Notes: generated from the letters alone by a model not told the origin. Positions 1-11,377 are shown, counted from the stretch's first letter. The stretch: 64,000 nucleotides of DNA from an uncultured candidate division Zixibacteria bacterium (GCA_963801605.1 CAWDFP010000006.1:1408001-1472000); one strand, 5' to 3'. Made by a program: numbers and translations.

Positions 1-34
1 CTCTTTCAAAAACCGTGTTGGGAGGAATCCCCGA

Positions 35-1042
35 ATGAGATTTTATCTTCCCCAATATCTCTGGTTGTTGGCGGCGCTGCCAGTTGTACTTGGCTTTTTT
101 TTAATTGCCGACAGATTTAGAAAAGCCCGCTCCCAAAGAATCGGCCAACCCACTACTGTTTCCCGTCTTTTTGGACGATCCAATTTTGCGGCCTCCAACC
201 TTTCATTAATTTCATTTCTGGCAGGAATTGCCTTTATCATCGCGGCCATGGCCCGCCCGCAATACCCTGGCGGCGTTGAGAAAATCGAGGCTCGCGGCGG
301 CAAAATCGTAGTGGCGCTCGATCTCTCGCTATCGATGAAAGCCCAGGATTTTCAGCCTGACCGTCTGGAGAAAGCCAAACGCGAGATAATCGATCTGGTC
401 GAAAAGCTAAAAGCGCAGACGGTCGGCCTGGTTATTTTTGCTGGTGAGGCCTTCGTGCAGTGTCCGCCGACCATCGATTACTCTGCCTTCCGGATGTTCC
501 TCGATGTCGCTGATGTGGGAATGATTTCGGATACAGGCACGAATTTAGCTGATGCTATCACCGTATCGGCCAAACTCCTTGACGATGGCTCGACAGTTGA
601 CAAGGCCGTCATCATCTTCACCGATGGCGAAACTTTCGAGGGTGATGCCGAAAAGGCCGCCTCTGCCGCCGCCGATAAGGGCGTCAAAGTCTATACGATT
701 GGAGTGGGCAGTGTCAGCGGCCGTCCCATTCCCGACCCCGAAGGCGGTGGCCTGAAGAAAAATGAAAACGGTGAAATTGTGATTTCCAAACTCGACGCTG
801 ATATCCTTGCCAAAATCGCGGATAAGGGCAACGGCAAATTCTTTCGCGCCACCCCTGGTGAATCGGAGCTTGATGATCTCTATGCCGATATCAAAGGGCT
901 CAAAGGCGAGGAAAAGGAAAAAAAGTTCCGCACTCTGTATAATGAAAAATATCGCTGGCTTCTTCTGCCGGGAATTGTTTTAGTTGGGGCGGCAGCATTT
1001 ATTCCTACCAGCAGGAGGGAGGACGATAGCGATGCGGCTTAG
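35..1042 (+). CDS. batB: VWA-domain membrane protein, BatB-like
   Basis: N-terminal TM helices, ARPQ motif, MIDAS DLSLSM, FTDGE; first of a BatB-C-D-E-type series. Confidence 0.85.
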   Translation: MRFYLPQYLWLLAALPVVLGFFLIADRFRKARSQRIGQPTTVSRLFGRSNFAASNLSLISFLAGIAFIIAAMARPQYPGGVEKIEARGGKIVVALDLSLSMKAQDFQPDRLEKAKREIIDLVEKLKAQTVGLVIFAGEAFVQCPPTIDYSAFRMFLDVADVGMISDTGTNLADAITVSAKLLDDGSTVDKAVIIFTDGETFEGDAEKAASAAADKGVKVYTIGVGSVSGRPIPDPEGGGLKKNENGEIVISKLDADILAKIADKGNGKFFRATPGESELDDLYADIKGLKGEEKEKKFRTLYNEKYRWLLLPGIVLVGAAAFIPTSRREDDSDAA

Positions 1043-1763
1043 ATGGTTTATTATTCCCATGATTTTGCTTGTGACACATATTACCTATGCCGATGAGTAC
1101 CGCAGCAAGATTAACGAGGGGTACGATCTTTATAAGGACGGGGAATACGAAAAGGCCGCAGAGAAGTTTAAGGATGCCGGCATTCTGAAACCCGATAAAG
1201 CCTTGCCATCCTACGATAAAGGCACAGCGCTTTATAAGTCGAACGATTTCGAAGGCGCCGCCAATGAGTTCCAGGGCAGCGTCGCCAAAAACGATCCAAT
1301 CGTTAAGGCTGACGCTTTTTACAATGCCGGAAACGCCTATTATAAAGCCGGAAAATATGACCAGGCGATTAAATCTTATGTTGACGCGCTTAAGCTTAAG
1401 CCCAAAGATACTGATTCCAAACATAATCTTGAAATGGCCCTGTTGCAGATGAAACAACAGCAGCAACAGCAGCAAAATAAGCAGAATAAAGACAACAAGC
1501 AAAATCAACAAAAACAGGATCAGCAGAAACAAGATCAAAATAAGGATCAGCAAAAGCAGGATCAGGCTCAAAACCAGCAGAACCAGGATAAGCAGGACGA
1601 AAAAAAGCAGGAACAGCAGCAGCAATCGTCACAACAAAATAAAGATGAAATGGATAAACAGAAGGCGCAGGAACTGCTGGCCCGCTTTGCAAATGATGAG
1701 AAAGACATTCAAAAACGTCTCAAGCAGGTTCATGTTAGAGGGAAATCGGCTAATGATTGGTAG
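1032..1763 (+). CDS. batC: TPR protein with Q/K/N-rich tail, BatC-like
   Basis: Signal peptide from ATG 1032, TPRs (YNAGNAYY), Q-rich linker, C-terminal ...NDW typical of BatC. Confidence 0.8.
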   Translation: MRLRWFIIPMILLVTHITYADEYRSKINEGYDLYKDGEYEKAAEKFKDAGILKPDKALPSYDKGTALYKSNDFEGAANEFQGSVAKNDPIVKADAFYNAGNAYYKAGKYDQAIKSYVDALKLKPKDTDSKHNLEMALLQMKQQQQQQQNKQNKDNKQNQQKQDQQKQDQNKDQQKQDQAQNQQNQDKQDEKKQEQQQQSSQQNKDEMDKQKAQELLARFANDEKDIQKRLKQVHVRGKSANDW

Positions 1764-3549
1764 GAAGCTATTTACAATTTCCCTGTTCCAATTGCTGTTA
1801 ACTGGAATCGCTTCGGCCATCACTATTACTGCCTCGATTGATAAACAAACAGTCAGCCTCGGTGATCCCATAACACTTACGCTCACAATTGTAGGCAAGG
1901 GGGGGACGCTCCCGGAGCCGACAATGCCTGATTTGTCAGCTTTCGAAATTTACTCTTCGGGAAGAAAGCAGAATATTTCCATTATAAACGGAGCTTTCTC
2001 ATCGTCGCTTGATATCAGCTATATCCTCGTCCCCAAAAAGGTGGGAGATTTTATCATCGGTCCCATTACGATTCGAGATAACACCGGCATGGCGTCAACC
2101 GAACCAATTAAGATTCATGTCTCAAATCAAGGCGCCGCTTCTTCCAGCGGCAACGCGGCAACTCAGCCGGGGCAGTCTCCCGAGGCCAAAGCCCAGCCTC
2201 CTCAAAAAGGCGGGGATTTTTTCATAGATCAGTTTGTTAACAAAACTAATCCCTATGTCGGCGAACAGATAACTCTGACCTTTAGATTTTACCAGGCAGT
2301 TAATCTTTGGGATCAACCCACGTTGGAATGGCCCAAATACGCCGGATTTACTGTTGAGGATTTACCGCCCAATGGACGATATTACCAGGTCGTTAATGGA
2401 CGGCGTTATCTCGTCACCGAAATCAAACGCGCCCTATTCCCCCTTTCATCCGGGAAAATGGTAATTGATACTCCCAGGCTTACCATCAAACCCGATGATT
2501 TCGGAAGCGCCTTCGATCCCTTCAGCATGTTCGACCGCGATCTCAAAGAACTGTTTCGCCGCGGCCAACCCAAGATTTTAACTGCTGACGCTCTTAGCTT
2601 AAACGTCAAGCCTCTTCCCGAACAAAACAAACCGGCCGATTTTGCCGGAGCCGTTGGGAAATTTTCAATACAGGCGGAAACCGATAAAGATTCAGTTGGA
2701 GTCGACGAGCCGATCACCTTCAAGGTCACTCTTTCGGGTACCGGTAATATCCGCTCACTCTCGCCTGTCAAGCTTCCGGAGCTTTCCGATTTCAGAATTT
2801 ATGATTCCGGCAATACTGAATCCGTGTCCAACAACAATCAAGTGGTAGCGGGCACCAAAACTTTCGAACAGGCTATTATCCCCAAAACTTCGGGGATTTT
2901 TACAATCCCGGCAATTAGCTTGAGTTATTTTGATCCCTCATCGGCAACCTATAAAACGATCGAAACTCAACCCCGACGAATCGTGGCCTCAGGCCAGGGT
3001 TTGGCTGATGTTGGCGGAGCGCCCAAGAATATCATCGGAGCCGGCAAACTTTCTTTAGGCTACATAGTAACCGATTTCCCCAAGGTCGATACTCCCATAA
3101 ACCTCTTTGGCTCAGGTTGGTTCTGGTTTTTGCAGTTATTGCCTTTGTTTGGAATCATAGCCGCGTTGGTTTATAGATCGCATTCCCAAAAACTTCTGGC
3201 CGATCGTGGTTATGCCCGTCGTCTAGGCGCCGGAAAACGCTTGCGTTCGATATTTAAAACCGCGGCGGCCTTAAAGGCCAAAAATGATTTGGTGGGTTTT
3301 TACGGAGCATTATATGACGCTGTCCTTGGTTTTGTAGCTGACCGCCTGAATCTCGAAAAGGCCGGCCTTACTATTGAGGATTTGAAAATACATCCTAAAA
3401 TTCCTGATGATATTAAAAGCGAATTGTCGACATTTCTGGATAATTGTCAGATCGCCCGTTTTGCTCCCGGCGGTACTACGAAAAACCATGCCGAGGACCT
3501 TCTCGAAAAAGCCGGCGATTTAGTTGGTCGACTGGAAAAGATGCTATGA
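1753..3549 (+). CDS. batD: BatD-family protein
   Basis: Signal peptide from ATG 1753, repeated Ig-like modules (PYVGEQ, FAGAVGKF), C-terminal TM; overlaps batC stop. Confidence 0.85.
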   Translation: MIGRKLFTISLFQLLLTGIASAITITASIDKQTVSLGDPITLTLTIVGKGGTLPEPTMPDLSAFEIYSSGRKQNISIINGAFSSSLDISYILVPKKVGDFIIGPITIRDNTGMASTEPIKIHVSNQGAASSSGNAATQPGQSPEAKAQPPQKGGDFFIDQFVNKTNPYVGEQITLTFRFYQAVNLWDQPTLEWPKYAGFTVEDLPPNGRYYQVVNGRRYLVTEIKRALFPLSSGKMVIDTPRLTIKPDDFGSAFDPFSMFDRDLKELFRRGQPKILTADALSLNVKPLPEQNKPADFAGAVGKFSIQAETDKDSVGVDEPITFKVTLSGTGNIRSLSPVKLPELSDFRIYDSGNTESVSNNNQVVAGTKTFEQAIIPKTSGIFTIPAISLSYFDPSSATYKTIETQPRRIVASGQGLADVGGAPKNIIGAGKLSLGYIVTDFPKVDTPINLFGSGWFWFLQLLPLFGIIAALVYRSHSQKLLADRGYARRLGAGKRLRSIFKTAAALKAKNDLVGFYGALYDAVLGFVADRLNLEKAGLTIEDLKIHPKIPDDIKSELSTFLDNCQIARFAPGGTTKNHAEDLLEKAGDLVGRLEKML

Positions 3550-4301
3550 ACCGACTTCTTATAATGACATTGTTATTTACGCTTATTCTTTTTGTGATAA
3601 GCTTTGCGGCTGATAATCAAACGCTCTGGCAGGAGGCCGCCACTTACTACGATCAGGCTAATTACCGCGCCGCTATCGACGATTACAATAAACTAATCGA
3701 GAAGGGTTTTATTAATCCTCAAATATATTATAATCTTGGTGATTCCTACTTTAAAGCGGGCGATCTCGGTCACGCCATTTGGAGTTTTCGAAAGGCCCTG
3801 CTGCTCGATCCCGGATTCAAACCCGCATCTTCAAACCTTGATTATGTCCGCACGTTCAACACCGATCAAATCGCCGCCAAACAACACGGGTTTGTCATCG
3901 ATATTTGGGATGCCTTAAGCGGCCTGTTGTCTGCTAACGGTTATCTCTTGCTATTAATGCTTGGATGGTGGGCGCTGGCGGGAATTTTGATTTTCAAGAT
4001 CATCAGGCCTTATAACTTCTCCTGGTTATATTATTTGTTGATAGTTCCGGCAATACTCATTATCTTTTCAGGTACGTCAGCTGCCAGGCGGATCAATGAG
4101 GATCGGCTGACTCATTGGGGGGTTCTTATTCAGGAGACCGCCGATATCCGCGAGGGACCCGGCGAGGAGTTTAACCGCGTCGAGGTTGCCCATGAGGGAT
4201 TGGAGCTTAAGATCCTCGGAGCCAGAGAAAATAGCTATCTGATAGAGCTCGGTAACGGTCTTAAAGGCTGGGTAACCAAAAAAGCCGTGCTGGAAATTTG
4301 A
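3546..4301 (+). CDS. batE: TPR + SH3b protein, BatE-like
   Basis: YYNLGDSYFK TPR, two TMs, C-terminal SH3b (REGP...GWV); ATGA overlap with batD. Confidence 0.8.
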   Translation: MNRLLIMTLLFTLILFVISFAADNQTLWQEAATYYDQANYRAAIDDYNKLIEKGFINPQIYYNLGDSYFKAGDLGHAIWSFRKALLLDPGFKPASSNLDYVRTFNTDQIAAKQHGFVIDIWDALSGLLSANGYLLLLMLGWWALAGILIFKIIRPYNFSWLYYLLIVPAILIIFSGTSAARRINEDRLTHWGVLIQETADIREGPGEEFNRVEVAHEGLELKILGARENSYLIELGNGLKGWVTKKAVLEI

Positions 4302-5359
4302 AATTACTAAAGTCGAGAAGATTCTGGGGATTGCTACTGACGGTCGGCCTCCTGGTCTACTGCTTTTATGACTTCGATTTTTATAGCGTCTGGCAGGCCA
4401 TTGCCGCCGTTCATTTCTGGTACTTGATTCCGCTGATTTTCCTCGAGGCTGTCATCGCTTATATACGCACCGCTCGTTTGAAATATATTATCGATCCCGT
4501 TAAAAGCATCAAAGTATCCGCTCTCTATCCAATCTATTGCATTGGAATGATGACCAATCTGCTCATGCCTTATCTCACGGGCCAGGTAGCCCGTATTTAC
4601 CTCTTGAGCAAACGAGGGCAGCTAAAGAAAACTCTTCTTGTGACCACAACCGTGCTCGAGGTGCTCTTTGATGGTTTGGCTCTGATCGGCATCACATTAG
4701 TTATTTCTCTATTTTTTGTTTTGCCATCCGAATTTCACCTCTGGCATTTGTTCCTGTTGGCTGGCATTTTAGTTTTGGCCATTTCTTTTTTATTTTGGAT
4801 ATCACGCCGTCGAGGTAAAAGCGCCGGAGTTCTGGGCTTTTTAATTGGCAAATTACCTTCCAGGTTCGGAAAAAAAATCGATGAAGTTCGATCCTCGTTT
4901 TTGGCCGGGCTTGAAACCCTTCGAAGCTCCAAACATCTTCTCATGGTCTCGTTGCTTTCGATTCTTTCCTGGGTGGCTCAAGCGGCCATGGTATATGTCC
5001 TGATTCTGGCTTTCGGCTTTAAAATCAGTATATGGGGCGCTGTCATCATTACAACAGTCGTTACCGTTATGATGATTATAGTCCTTTCGCCGGTTAATAT
5101 CGGTACTTTCCAGGCTGCCACGCGCGCCGCTTTGCTGCCATTCGGTATTATTAAATCCGAGGCTTTAGCTTTTTCGTTTTTACTTCATATTGCGGTTTAT
5201 ATTCCTCCCATTATCCTGGGGGCATTTTTCAGCTTTAAGGAGGGTTTAACTTTAAAGCAGCTTCGTGATGAAGGCGAAAAAAGCGTCGATGATGATACCA
5301 ATAATGGCTCTAACGATTCCCTGGACTCTGCCGCCAATCAAATTTTCGAAACACGTTGA
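4298..5359 (+). CDS. Lysylphosphatidylglycerol synthase TM / flippase-like membrane protein
   Basis: Polytopic hydrophobic protein with IGMMTNLLMP..GQVAR and SPVNIGTFQ motifs of the LPG_synthase_TM family. Confidence 0.75.
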   Translation: MKLLKSRRFWGLLLTVGLLVYCFYDFDFYSVWQAIAAVHFWYLIPLIFLEAVIAYIRTARLKYIIDPVKSIKVSALYPIYCIGMMTNLLMPYLTGQVARIYLLSKRGQLKKTLLVTTTVLEVLFDGLALIGITLVISLFFVLPSEFHLWHLFLLAGILVLAISFLFWISRRRGKSAGVLGFLIGKLPSRFGKKIDEVRSSFLAGLETLRSSKHLLMVSLLSILSWVAQAAMVYVLILAFGFKISIWGAVIITTVVTVMMIIVLSPVNIGTFQAATRAALLPFGIIKSEALAFSFLLHIAVYIPPIILGAFFSFKEGLTLKQLRDEGEKSVDDDTNNGSNDSLDSAANQIFETR

Positions 5360-5486
5360 AAAATTTTTTTGATGTTTTTAACCGAAGAGTAGTTCGGGTT
5401 CCGAGTCCCCTAAAGGACGAGAAACCAGACATGATCGTATATCAAGACCCCTGCGGTTTTAACGACATGTCCCGTTTAGGACTGAT

Positions 5487-6173
5487 ATGACCAAATCCCA
5501 ACTCCTGCAGCGCGCAAACGCCATTGACCGCATTCTGGCCAAAACCTACGGCGCTAAAATCCAGAATCGCCGCACCGACCCCACCTCGGAGCTCATTCTT
5601 ACTATCCTCTCTCAAAACACCAATGATACCAATCGCGACCGTGCTTTCAATTCCCTTCGTGAGCGTTTCCCAACCTGGGATGATATCGCATCCGCCAACT
5701 CCTCCCAAATCGCTAAGGCAATCGAAACCGGCGGGCTATCGAGCATTAAATCTAAAAGAATAAAAAAGATCCTGTCCCAAATTGCCCAAAGATCATCCGA
5801 TTATAGTCTTTCTTTTTTGGATAAAATGAATGATCAAGAAGTTTGGGATTATCTTATTTCATTTGATGGCGTTGGGCCAAAGACTGTATCCTGCGTGCTG
5901 CTTTTCTCGTTGGGACGAAATATTATGCCGGTCGATACCCATGTGCATCGTGTAGGTCAGCGCTTGGGATTAATTCCTGACGATTTTACTGCCGAGAAGG
6001 CCCATCAATATTTTATTGAAATGAATCTGCCTTTCGGCATGTATCAACTACATCTCAATCTCATAGCCCACGGACGTGCCCTCTGCCGTCCCCGCAACCC
6101 CGGATGCGACAGATGCCCCTTGAAACGTTATTGCCTCTACTATAAAAAATTTGTAGCCAATAATTTAGTGTAA
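5487..6173 (+). CDS. nth: Endonuclease III / HhH-GPD glycosylase
   Basis: ILSQNT, HhH GVGPKT, VDTHVHR, 4Fe-4S motif C-x6-C-x2-C-x5-C. Confidence 0.9.
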   Translation: MTKSQLLQRANAIDRILAKTYGAKIQNRRTDPTSELILTILSQNTNDTNRDRAFNSLRERFPTWDDIASANSSQIAKAIETGGLSSIKSKRIKKILSQIAQRSSDYSLSFLDKMNDQEVWDYLISFDGVGPKTVSCVLLFSLGRNIMPVDTHVHRVGQRLGLIPDDFTAEKAHQYFIEMNLPFGMYQLHLNLIAHGRALCRPRNPGCDRCPLKRYCLYYKKFVANNLV

Positions 6174-6316
6174 TAGGACATTAGTATCATAACGTTTCAT
6201 CCCGCAACACCACTGAATCCACTTGATTTCAATGGCCTGCCCCCCTTATATCTACGTTTATACGATATATAGAATGGTAAACTCATTTGTATAACAGCCT
6301 GAAAAGAGGCAAAATC

Positions 6317-6550
6317 ATGTTTCAGCAATTCTGGTCAATAGCGCAAATGAGGCTTTATCTCCCGTTGGAGAAATTCGAGGCCTGGCCGGAGGATACTTTC
6401 TCCTTCTGCCCTCGATGCGCCCTGGATAGTTTCGAACTGCTCCTTGATTCCGGATTCGAAAGCTATATCCGATGTAAGGTCTGTGGTTCGCTCTGGATCG
6501 TGCATTCCCTGGCCCAATGCGACCATCCTGTTGAGGCGTCCATAGCTTGA
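6317..6550 (+). CDS. Small putative zinc-ribbon protein
   Basis: CPRC and CKVC pairs; GAGG RBS before ATG 6317. Confidence 0.5.
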   Translation: MFQQFWSIAQMRLYLPLEKFEAWPEDTFSFCPRCALDSFELLLDSGFESYIRCKVCGSLWIVHSLAQCDHPVEASIA

Positions 6551-6625
6551 ACCATAATGGTCTTTTCCCTGTTTTGTGCGACTCGAAATACCCCTATTCT
6601 TTATTTATTCTAACCTTAAAAAAAC

Positions 6626-6655
6626 TTGACTCTATAAAACTCCTGGGAGTATAAT
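6626..6655 (+). promoter_or_regulatory. sigma70-type promoter upstream of pfkA
   Basis: TTGACT-N18-TATAAT. Confidence 0.6.
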
Positions 6656-6918
6656 TAAGTGTTTTCTGGGAGGCAGCGGTCATCCTTGATATCTAATGGC
6701 TGTAAAATAAGTTACGCCGCTAAAAGGACTTAGCCCGGCTGCCGAAAAGGATATTGGTTGCTAAAAGATATCACCTGTCATAAGAATAATGTTTTTAACA
6801 ACAATCGGCTGTGTTCCTCGACCGACTCGGCTAATTGGTTTCTGCAGAGCACTAAAAACGATCCGTCTGTTGAATGGTCGATTTTAAGATTATCTAAATT
6901 TAAAGGGGGAGAATATTT

Positions 6919-7968
6919 ATGCCTGAGAGGGTAGGAATTCTTACAGGCGGTGGCGATTGCCCCGGCCTGAATGCCGTTATTCGAGCCATAGTTCGAAGAT
7001 CCATCAATCGCTATGATTATGAAATTGTAGGCCTTATGAAGGGTTGGCGCGGCCTGCTTGAAATGGACTACGAAATCATAGACCGTGAAAAGGTTTCGGG
7101 GTTATTGCCTCGCGGTGGAACCATCATTAGGACCTCGCGCACCAATCCATTTAAAGTCGAAAACGGCGTAAAAACCATTTTCGAAAATTTCAAAAAACTC
7201 AAACTTGACGCCCTGATCGCTATCGGCGGGGAGGATACCCTTGGCGCCGCCAATCAGCTTTACGCCCAGGGCCTAAAAGTGGTCGGAGTCCCTAAAACAA
7301 TCGACAACGATCTTGAGGGCACCGATTACACCTTTGGATACGATACCGCCGTAAATATCGCTATGGAGGCCATTGATCGGGTGCATACCACTGCCGAATC
7401 GCATAACCGGGTTATGGTGGTCGAGGTTATGGGACGACATGCCGGATGGATTGCCCTCGAATCTGGAATTGCCGGTGGCGCCGATGTCATCCTGATCCCT
7501 GAAAAACCATTCGAAATTGAGCAGGTTTGCAGGATTATCAAGCATCGCCATGAACGAGGCCGCGATTTTTCAATCGTAGTGGTGGCCGAGGGCGCCAGCT
7601 TTAAGGCGGATGGCCAAACCGAGGGTAAGCTCGTTTTGCAGGACGCTGAGGTTGATTCATTCGGCCATGTACGGCTTGGAGGCATAGGCACTTTCCTGGC
7701 AAAGGAAATCGAAAATCGTACCGGATTTGAATCGCGAGTTGTTATACTGGGTCATATCCAGCGCGGAGGATCGCCTACCGCTTTTGATCGCGTTCTGGCT
7801 ACCCGCTTTGGTATAGCCGCGATCGATCTCGTTCACAAAGGCGAATTCGGGAAAATGGTTGCCTTGCAGGGCAACAAAATTGTCAATATCCCGATCTCCG
7901 ACGCTGTGCAGAAATTAAAAACTGTAAGTGAGGATTTATACCAGGTAGCTGAAGTCTTTTTTGGATAA
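6919..7968 (+). CDS. pfkA: 6-phosphofructokinase (PfkA family)
   Basis: GGDCPGLN, IGGEDT, PKTIDND, EVMGRHAG, LGHIQRGG. Confidence 0.95.
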   Translation: MPERVGILTGGGDCPGLNAVIRAIVRRSINRYDYEIVGLMKGWRGLLEMDYEIIDREKVSGLLPRGGTIIRTSRTNPFKVENGVKTIFENFKKLKLDALIAIGGEDTLGAANQLYAQGLKVVGVPKTIDNDLEGTDYTFGYDTAVNIAMEAIDRVHTTAESHNRVMVVEVMGRHAGWIALESGIAGGADVILIPEKPFEIEQVCRIIKHRHERGRDFSIVVVAEGASFKADGQTEGKLVLQDAEVDSFGHVRLGGIGTFLAKEIENRTGFESRVVILGHIQRGGSPTAFDRVLATRFGIAAIDLVHKGEFGKMVALQGNKIVNIPISDAVQKLKTVSEDLYQVAEVFFG

Positions 7969-7989
7969 AGAAATGGAGGATTTCTTAAA

Positions 7990-8997
7990 ATGGCAGCGAA
8001 AATAGGGATAAATGGTTTTGGACGAATCGGGCGTCTGATTATTCGCGCCGGCCTGAATAATCGAGATTTGGAATTTGTGGCGGTCAACGATGTAACCGAC
8101 GCCAAAACTCTGGCTCATCTTCTGAAATATGATTCTGTGCATGGGATTTATCCCTGCGAGGTGAAAGCCCTGGAGGGTGCAATTTCAGTCGATGGCAAAG
8201 TCATCAAAGTCCTTTCCGAAAGGGACCCGGCGAAGCTTCCCTGGAAAGATATGGGAGTCGATATCGTAATCGAATCGACCGGCTTATTCACCAAAAAAGA
8301 GGATGCCATCAAACATATCCAGGCCGGTGCCAAGAAGGTAATCATTTCTGCGCCCGCCAAGGGACATGACGGCACCTTTGTGATGGGTGTCAATTTCGAT
8401 CAATATGATCCCGCCAAGGATCAGGTGATTTCGATCGGTTCTTGCACTACCAACTGCCTGGCGCCGGTCGTCAAGGTTCTGCATGATACCTTCAATATCA
8501 AGCGTGGTTTTATGACCACCATTCATGCTTACACCAACGATCAGAAAATCCTCGATATGCCGCATAAAGACTTGCGCCGAGCCAGAGGCGCGGCCCTCTC
8601 GATGATTCCCACCACCACCGGTGCGGCCAAGGCGATTTCCGAGGTAATCCCTGATATGAAGGGACGGCTCGACGGCGTGGCAGTGCGCGTCCCTACTCCG
8701 GACGGTTCGCTGGTTGACCTCGTTGTCGAAGTTGAAAAACCGACCACTAAAGAAGAAGTTAACGCCGCCATAAAGAAAGCCGCTGATGGCCCCATGAAAG
8801 GCGTTCTGGAATACACCGAGGACCCGATTGTTTCTATCGATGTTGTCGGCAATTCGCATTCATCGGTGTTTGATGCTTTATCGACGATGGTATCCGGTGG
8901 CAATTTAATCAAGGTCTTCTCCTGGTACGATAACGAGTGGGGTTTCTCCTGCCGGATGGTCGACATGATGAAGATTATGGCCGCCAAGCTTAAATAG
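7990..8997 (+). CDS. gap: Type I glyceraldehyde-3-phosphate dehydrogenase
   Basis: GINGFGRIGR, SCTTNCLAP, WYDNEWG. Confidence 0.98.
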   Translation: MAAKIGINGFGRIGRLIIRAGLNNRDLEFVAVNDVTDAKTLAHLLKYDSVHGIYPCEVKALEGAISVDGKVIKVLSERDPAKLPWKDMGVDIVIESTGLFTKKEDAIKHIQAGAKKVIISAPAKGHDGTFVMGVNFDQYDPAKDQVISIGSCTTNCLAPVVKVLHDTFNIKRGFMTTIHAYTNDQKILDMPHKDLRRARGAALSMIPTTTGAAKAISEVIPDMKGRLDGVAVRVPTPDGSLVDLVVEVEKPTTKEEVNAAIKKAADGPMKGVLEYTEDPIVSIDVVGNSHSSVFDALSTMVSGGNLIKVFSWYDNEWGFSCRMVDMMKIMAAKLK

Positions 8998-9133
8998 GCT
9001 TTTTCCGGATAAATTGCTTTGAAATTTCTGATATTGAAATAGTTTTTAAAAGGGGCGTTGCACAGATAAACTGCGACTCGCCCCTTATCTACTTTTTTTC
9101 TGGGGGCATAAAACTTTAGCGGGTGAGGGTTAT

Positions 9134-11377
9134 ATGTTCCGGAAAACTTTCGCGTTGGCCTTGGCCTTAAGCGCTATCCTTTGGCTGGCCTGCTCTAAAG
9201 ATAACAAATCGACTGCTCCCACGTCGGGTACCATCAGCGGCAGCGTAACCGCTGACGGTATCGGTGTTCCCGGTGTAAGTATCGTAGTTTCGCCTTATCT
9301 TTTCACCGATGGCGGGCAAAAAGTCGATAATGCCTTCGAGCAGGCAGGTTCTGCCGCTGACGGGGATTTCCGGGTTGAAGTGCTCGCGGGGCGCTATAGA
9401 ATTTCTTTCAGCGCATTTATAACGGCGAAAGTTTCAATACTGCCCGCTATCCTATCGACGTTGCCGCGGGGACAGAGGTGACTGTCAATGTTGAACTGAA
9501 AAACCCGGCGCCCGTAAATCTTCTTCTAAGCGAAAGGGAAGCCGCTGTACAAGTTACTTGCGAACCGGGTTATAGAGCGATTTCACATAATATCTATCGC
9601 TCTCCGCTCGAACTGGATAACTATGTCTTGGTCGGGTCCTCGGCGGGCGGCGGCGCCGTCAGCTATCTCGATTCACCTCCGGTGTTGGGAGGATATAAAT
9701 ATCGGGTAACGGCCGTTTCCATAAACGGAGAATCAGCCCCCAGCAATGAGGTCCCGATCGATTTCACCGGAATGATCCCGGCGCCCTCAAACTTTACAGC
9801 CAGCGATCAGGTAAGTTATGTGCGATTGCAATGGAATCGCGTTAGTTCGGCGGTCCAATACAAAATTTACAGATCAAGCACATCGAACAATTGGACTTTC
9901 CTGACTTCGACGACTGCCTTGACCGGCGCTGACGTCCCCGATCAATTTGGGACTTATAACTACCGCGTAACTGCCATATCTTCTTACGGCACCGAGTCGA
10001 TTCCATCTATGGCGGTTTCGGTGAATTTCGATGGCCGTATTGATGCTCCTCAGAGACTGACCATCATAGATCGCGGCTCAAATATCTATCTTACCTGGGA
10101 GGAATCCGAACAGGCCGGACAATACTATATCTATCGCTCGCCTGGCAATGAAAATGCCTACGCCAAAATCGATTCGACCGAATCAGCCAATTATACCGAT
10201 CACCCCGACAACCAATGGACGATTCTTCTATAAGGTTTCCGCGACCGGGCCTAATGGTTTGGAATCATTCCAATCCAGTTCGGTTTATATCGACTATGAC
10301 GGTCGCCTCGATCCGCCGCACTCCGTTTCAGCCTACAACCAGGGATTATCGGTTGCCGTCACTTGGGAAACTGTACCATGGGCCGGTGCTTATGTTGTTT
10401 ACCGCTCCGACGATAATGGGTCAACCTACCACCAGATCGCCCGGGTTTCGCCGGCTTCAACTCAATTTATAGATACTCCTCCCGCATCCGGTGATTATCT
10501 CTACAAAGTATCTACCGAAACTATTGATGGTATCGGCGGACCTCTATCTGCCCCGGCTGCTGTGCATTACCTGGATAATTTATTACCTCCTTTTAATGTC
10601 ACCGCCCAGAATATGGGACTGAGCGTTCGCTTAACATGGCAACATGTGGATAACGCCACTGCCTATACCGTTTATCGAGCCCCCGAACCATCAGGCGATT
10701 ATGTCGAAATCGAGGATTCCACCGGTAATATCGATTTTAGCGATACTCCGCCTGTTGCCGGGCCGTACTACTATCGTGTCGAGGCTTTCGATAACCATGG
10801 GCATAGGTCTCCTCTGAGTTACTACGCTTATACATACTTCACCGCTCGTCCAATGACACCTTATAATCTACTTCTTGAAAATTTGAATTATTATATAAGA
10901 CTTGATTGGGATTACTCAGGCCCTATCGATTCTTTCCTGGTTTTCAGGGCAACAACTTTCAATGGCACGTTTGTACCTCAGTTCTGGAGCCGGCAATCCT
11001 ATGCTAATGATTGGCCTCCGTCAGCAGGACATTATTTTTATAAAATTCAGGCAGTTTATCACGGGATATCTTCAGAACAATCGGAGTATGGCCATGTTTA
11101 TTTGTCGGGCATATTCAATTCTCCGAGCGATCTTTCGGGCTATGACGCTGGCAGCAATGTTCGCCTGGATTGGAGTTCCGTTACTGGCGCGGCCAGTTAT
11201 GACGTTTATCGTGGTACTAATCCGGACAACATGATATTAAACCAAACCGTCTATTTGCCCAGCGCCTCCGATACGCCGCCGGAGTCCGGATCCTATTATT
11301 ACGCCGTTTCGGCTAAAACAGTGGGCGGGTTGGAATCTCCTGTTTGCTCGCCGATAATGGTACAATTTACTCCCTGA
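9134..11377 (+). CDS. Fibronectin type III-repeat lipoprotein, split by two single-base indels (~9416, ~10205)
   Basis: Lipobox LAC; three ORFs 9134-9481, 9478-10233, 10148-11377 join colinearly with the intact paralogue at 11667; both breaks lie in homopolymers. Confidence 0.8.

Noticed and set aside
1450..1660. CAG/CAA/AAG-rich repetitive stretch and antisense Leu-rich ORF 1005-1625
   Set aside because: Low-complexity BatC linker; the antisense ORF is its shadow
5382..5430. Hammerhead-like GAGTCC...GGACGAGAAAC
   Set aside because: Core CUGANGA and GAAA are not correctly placed
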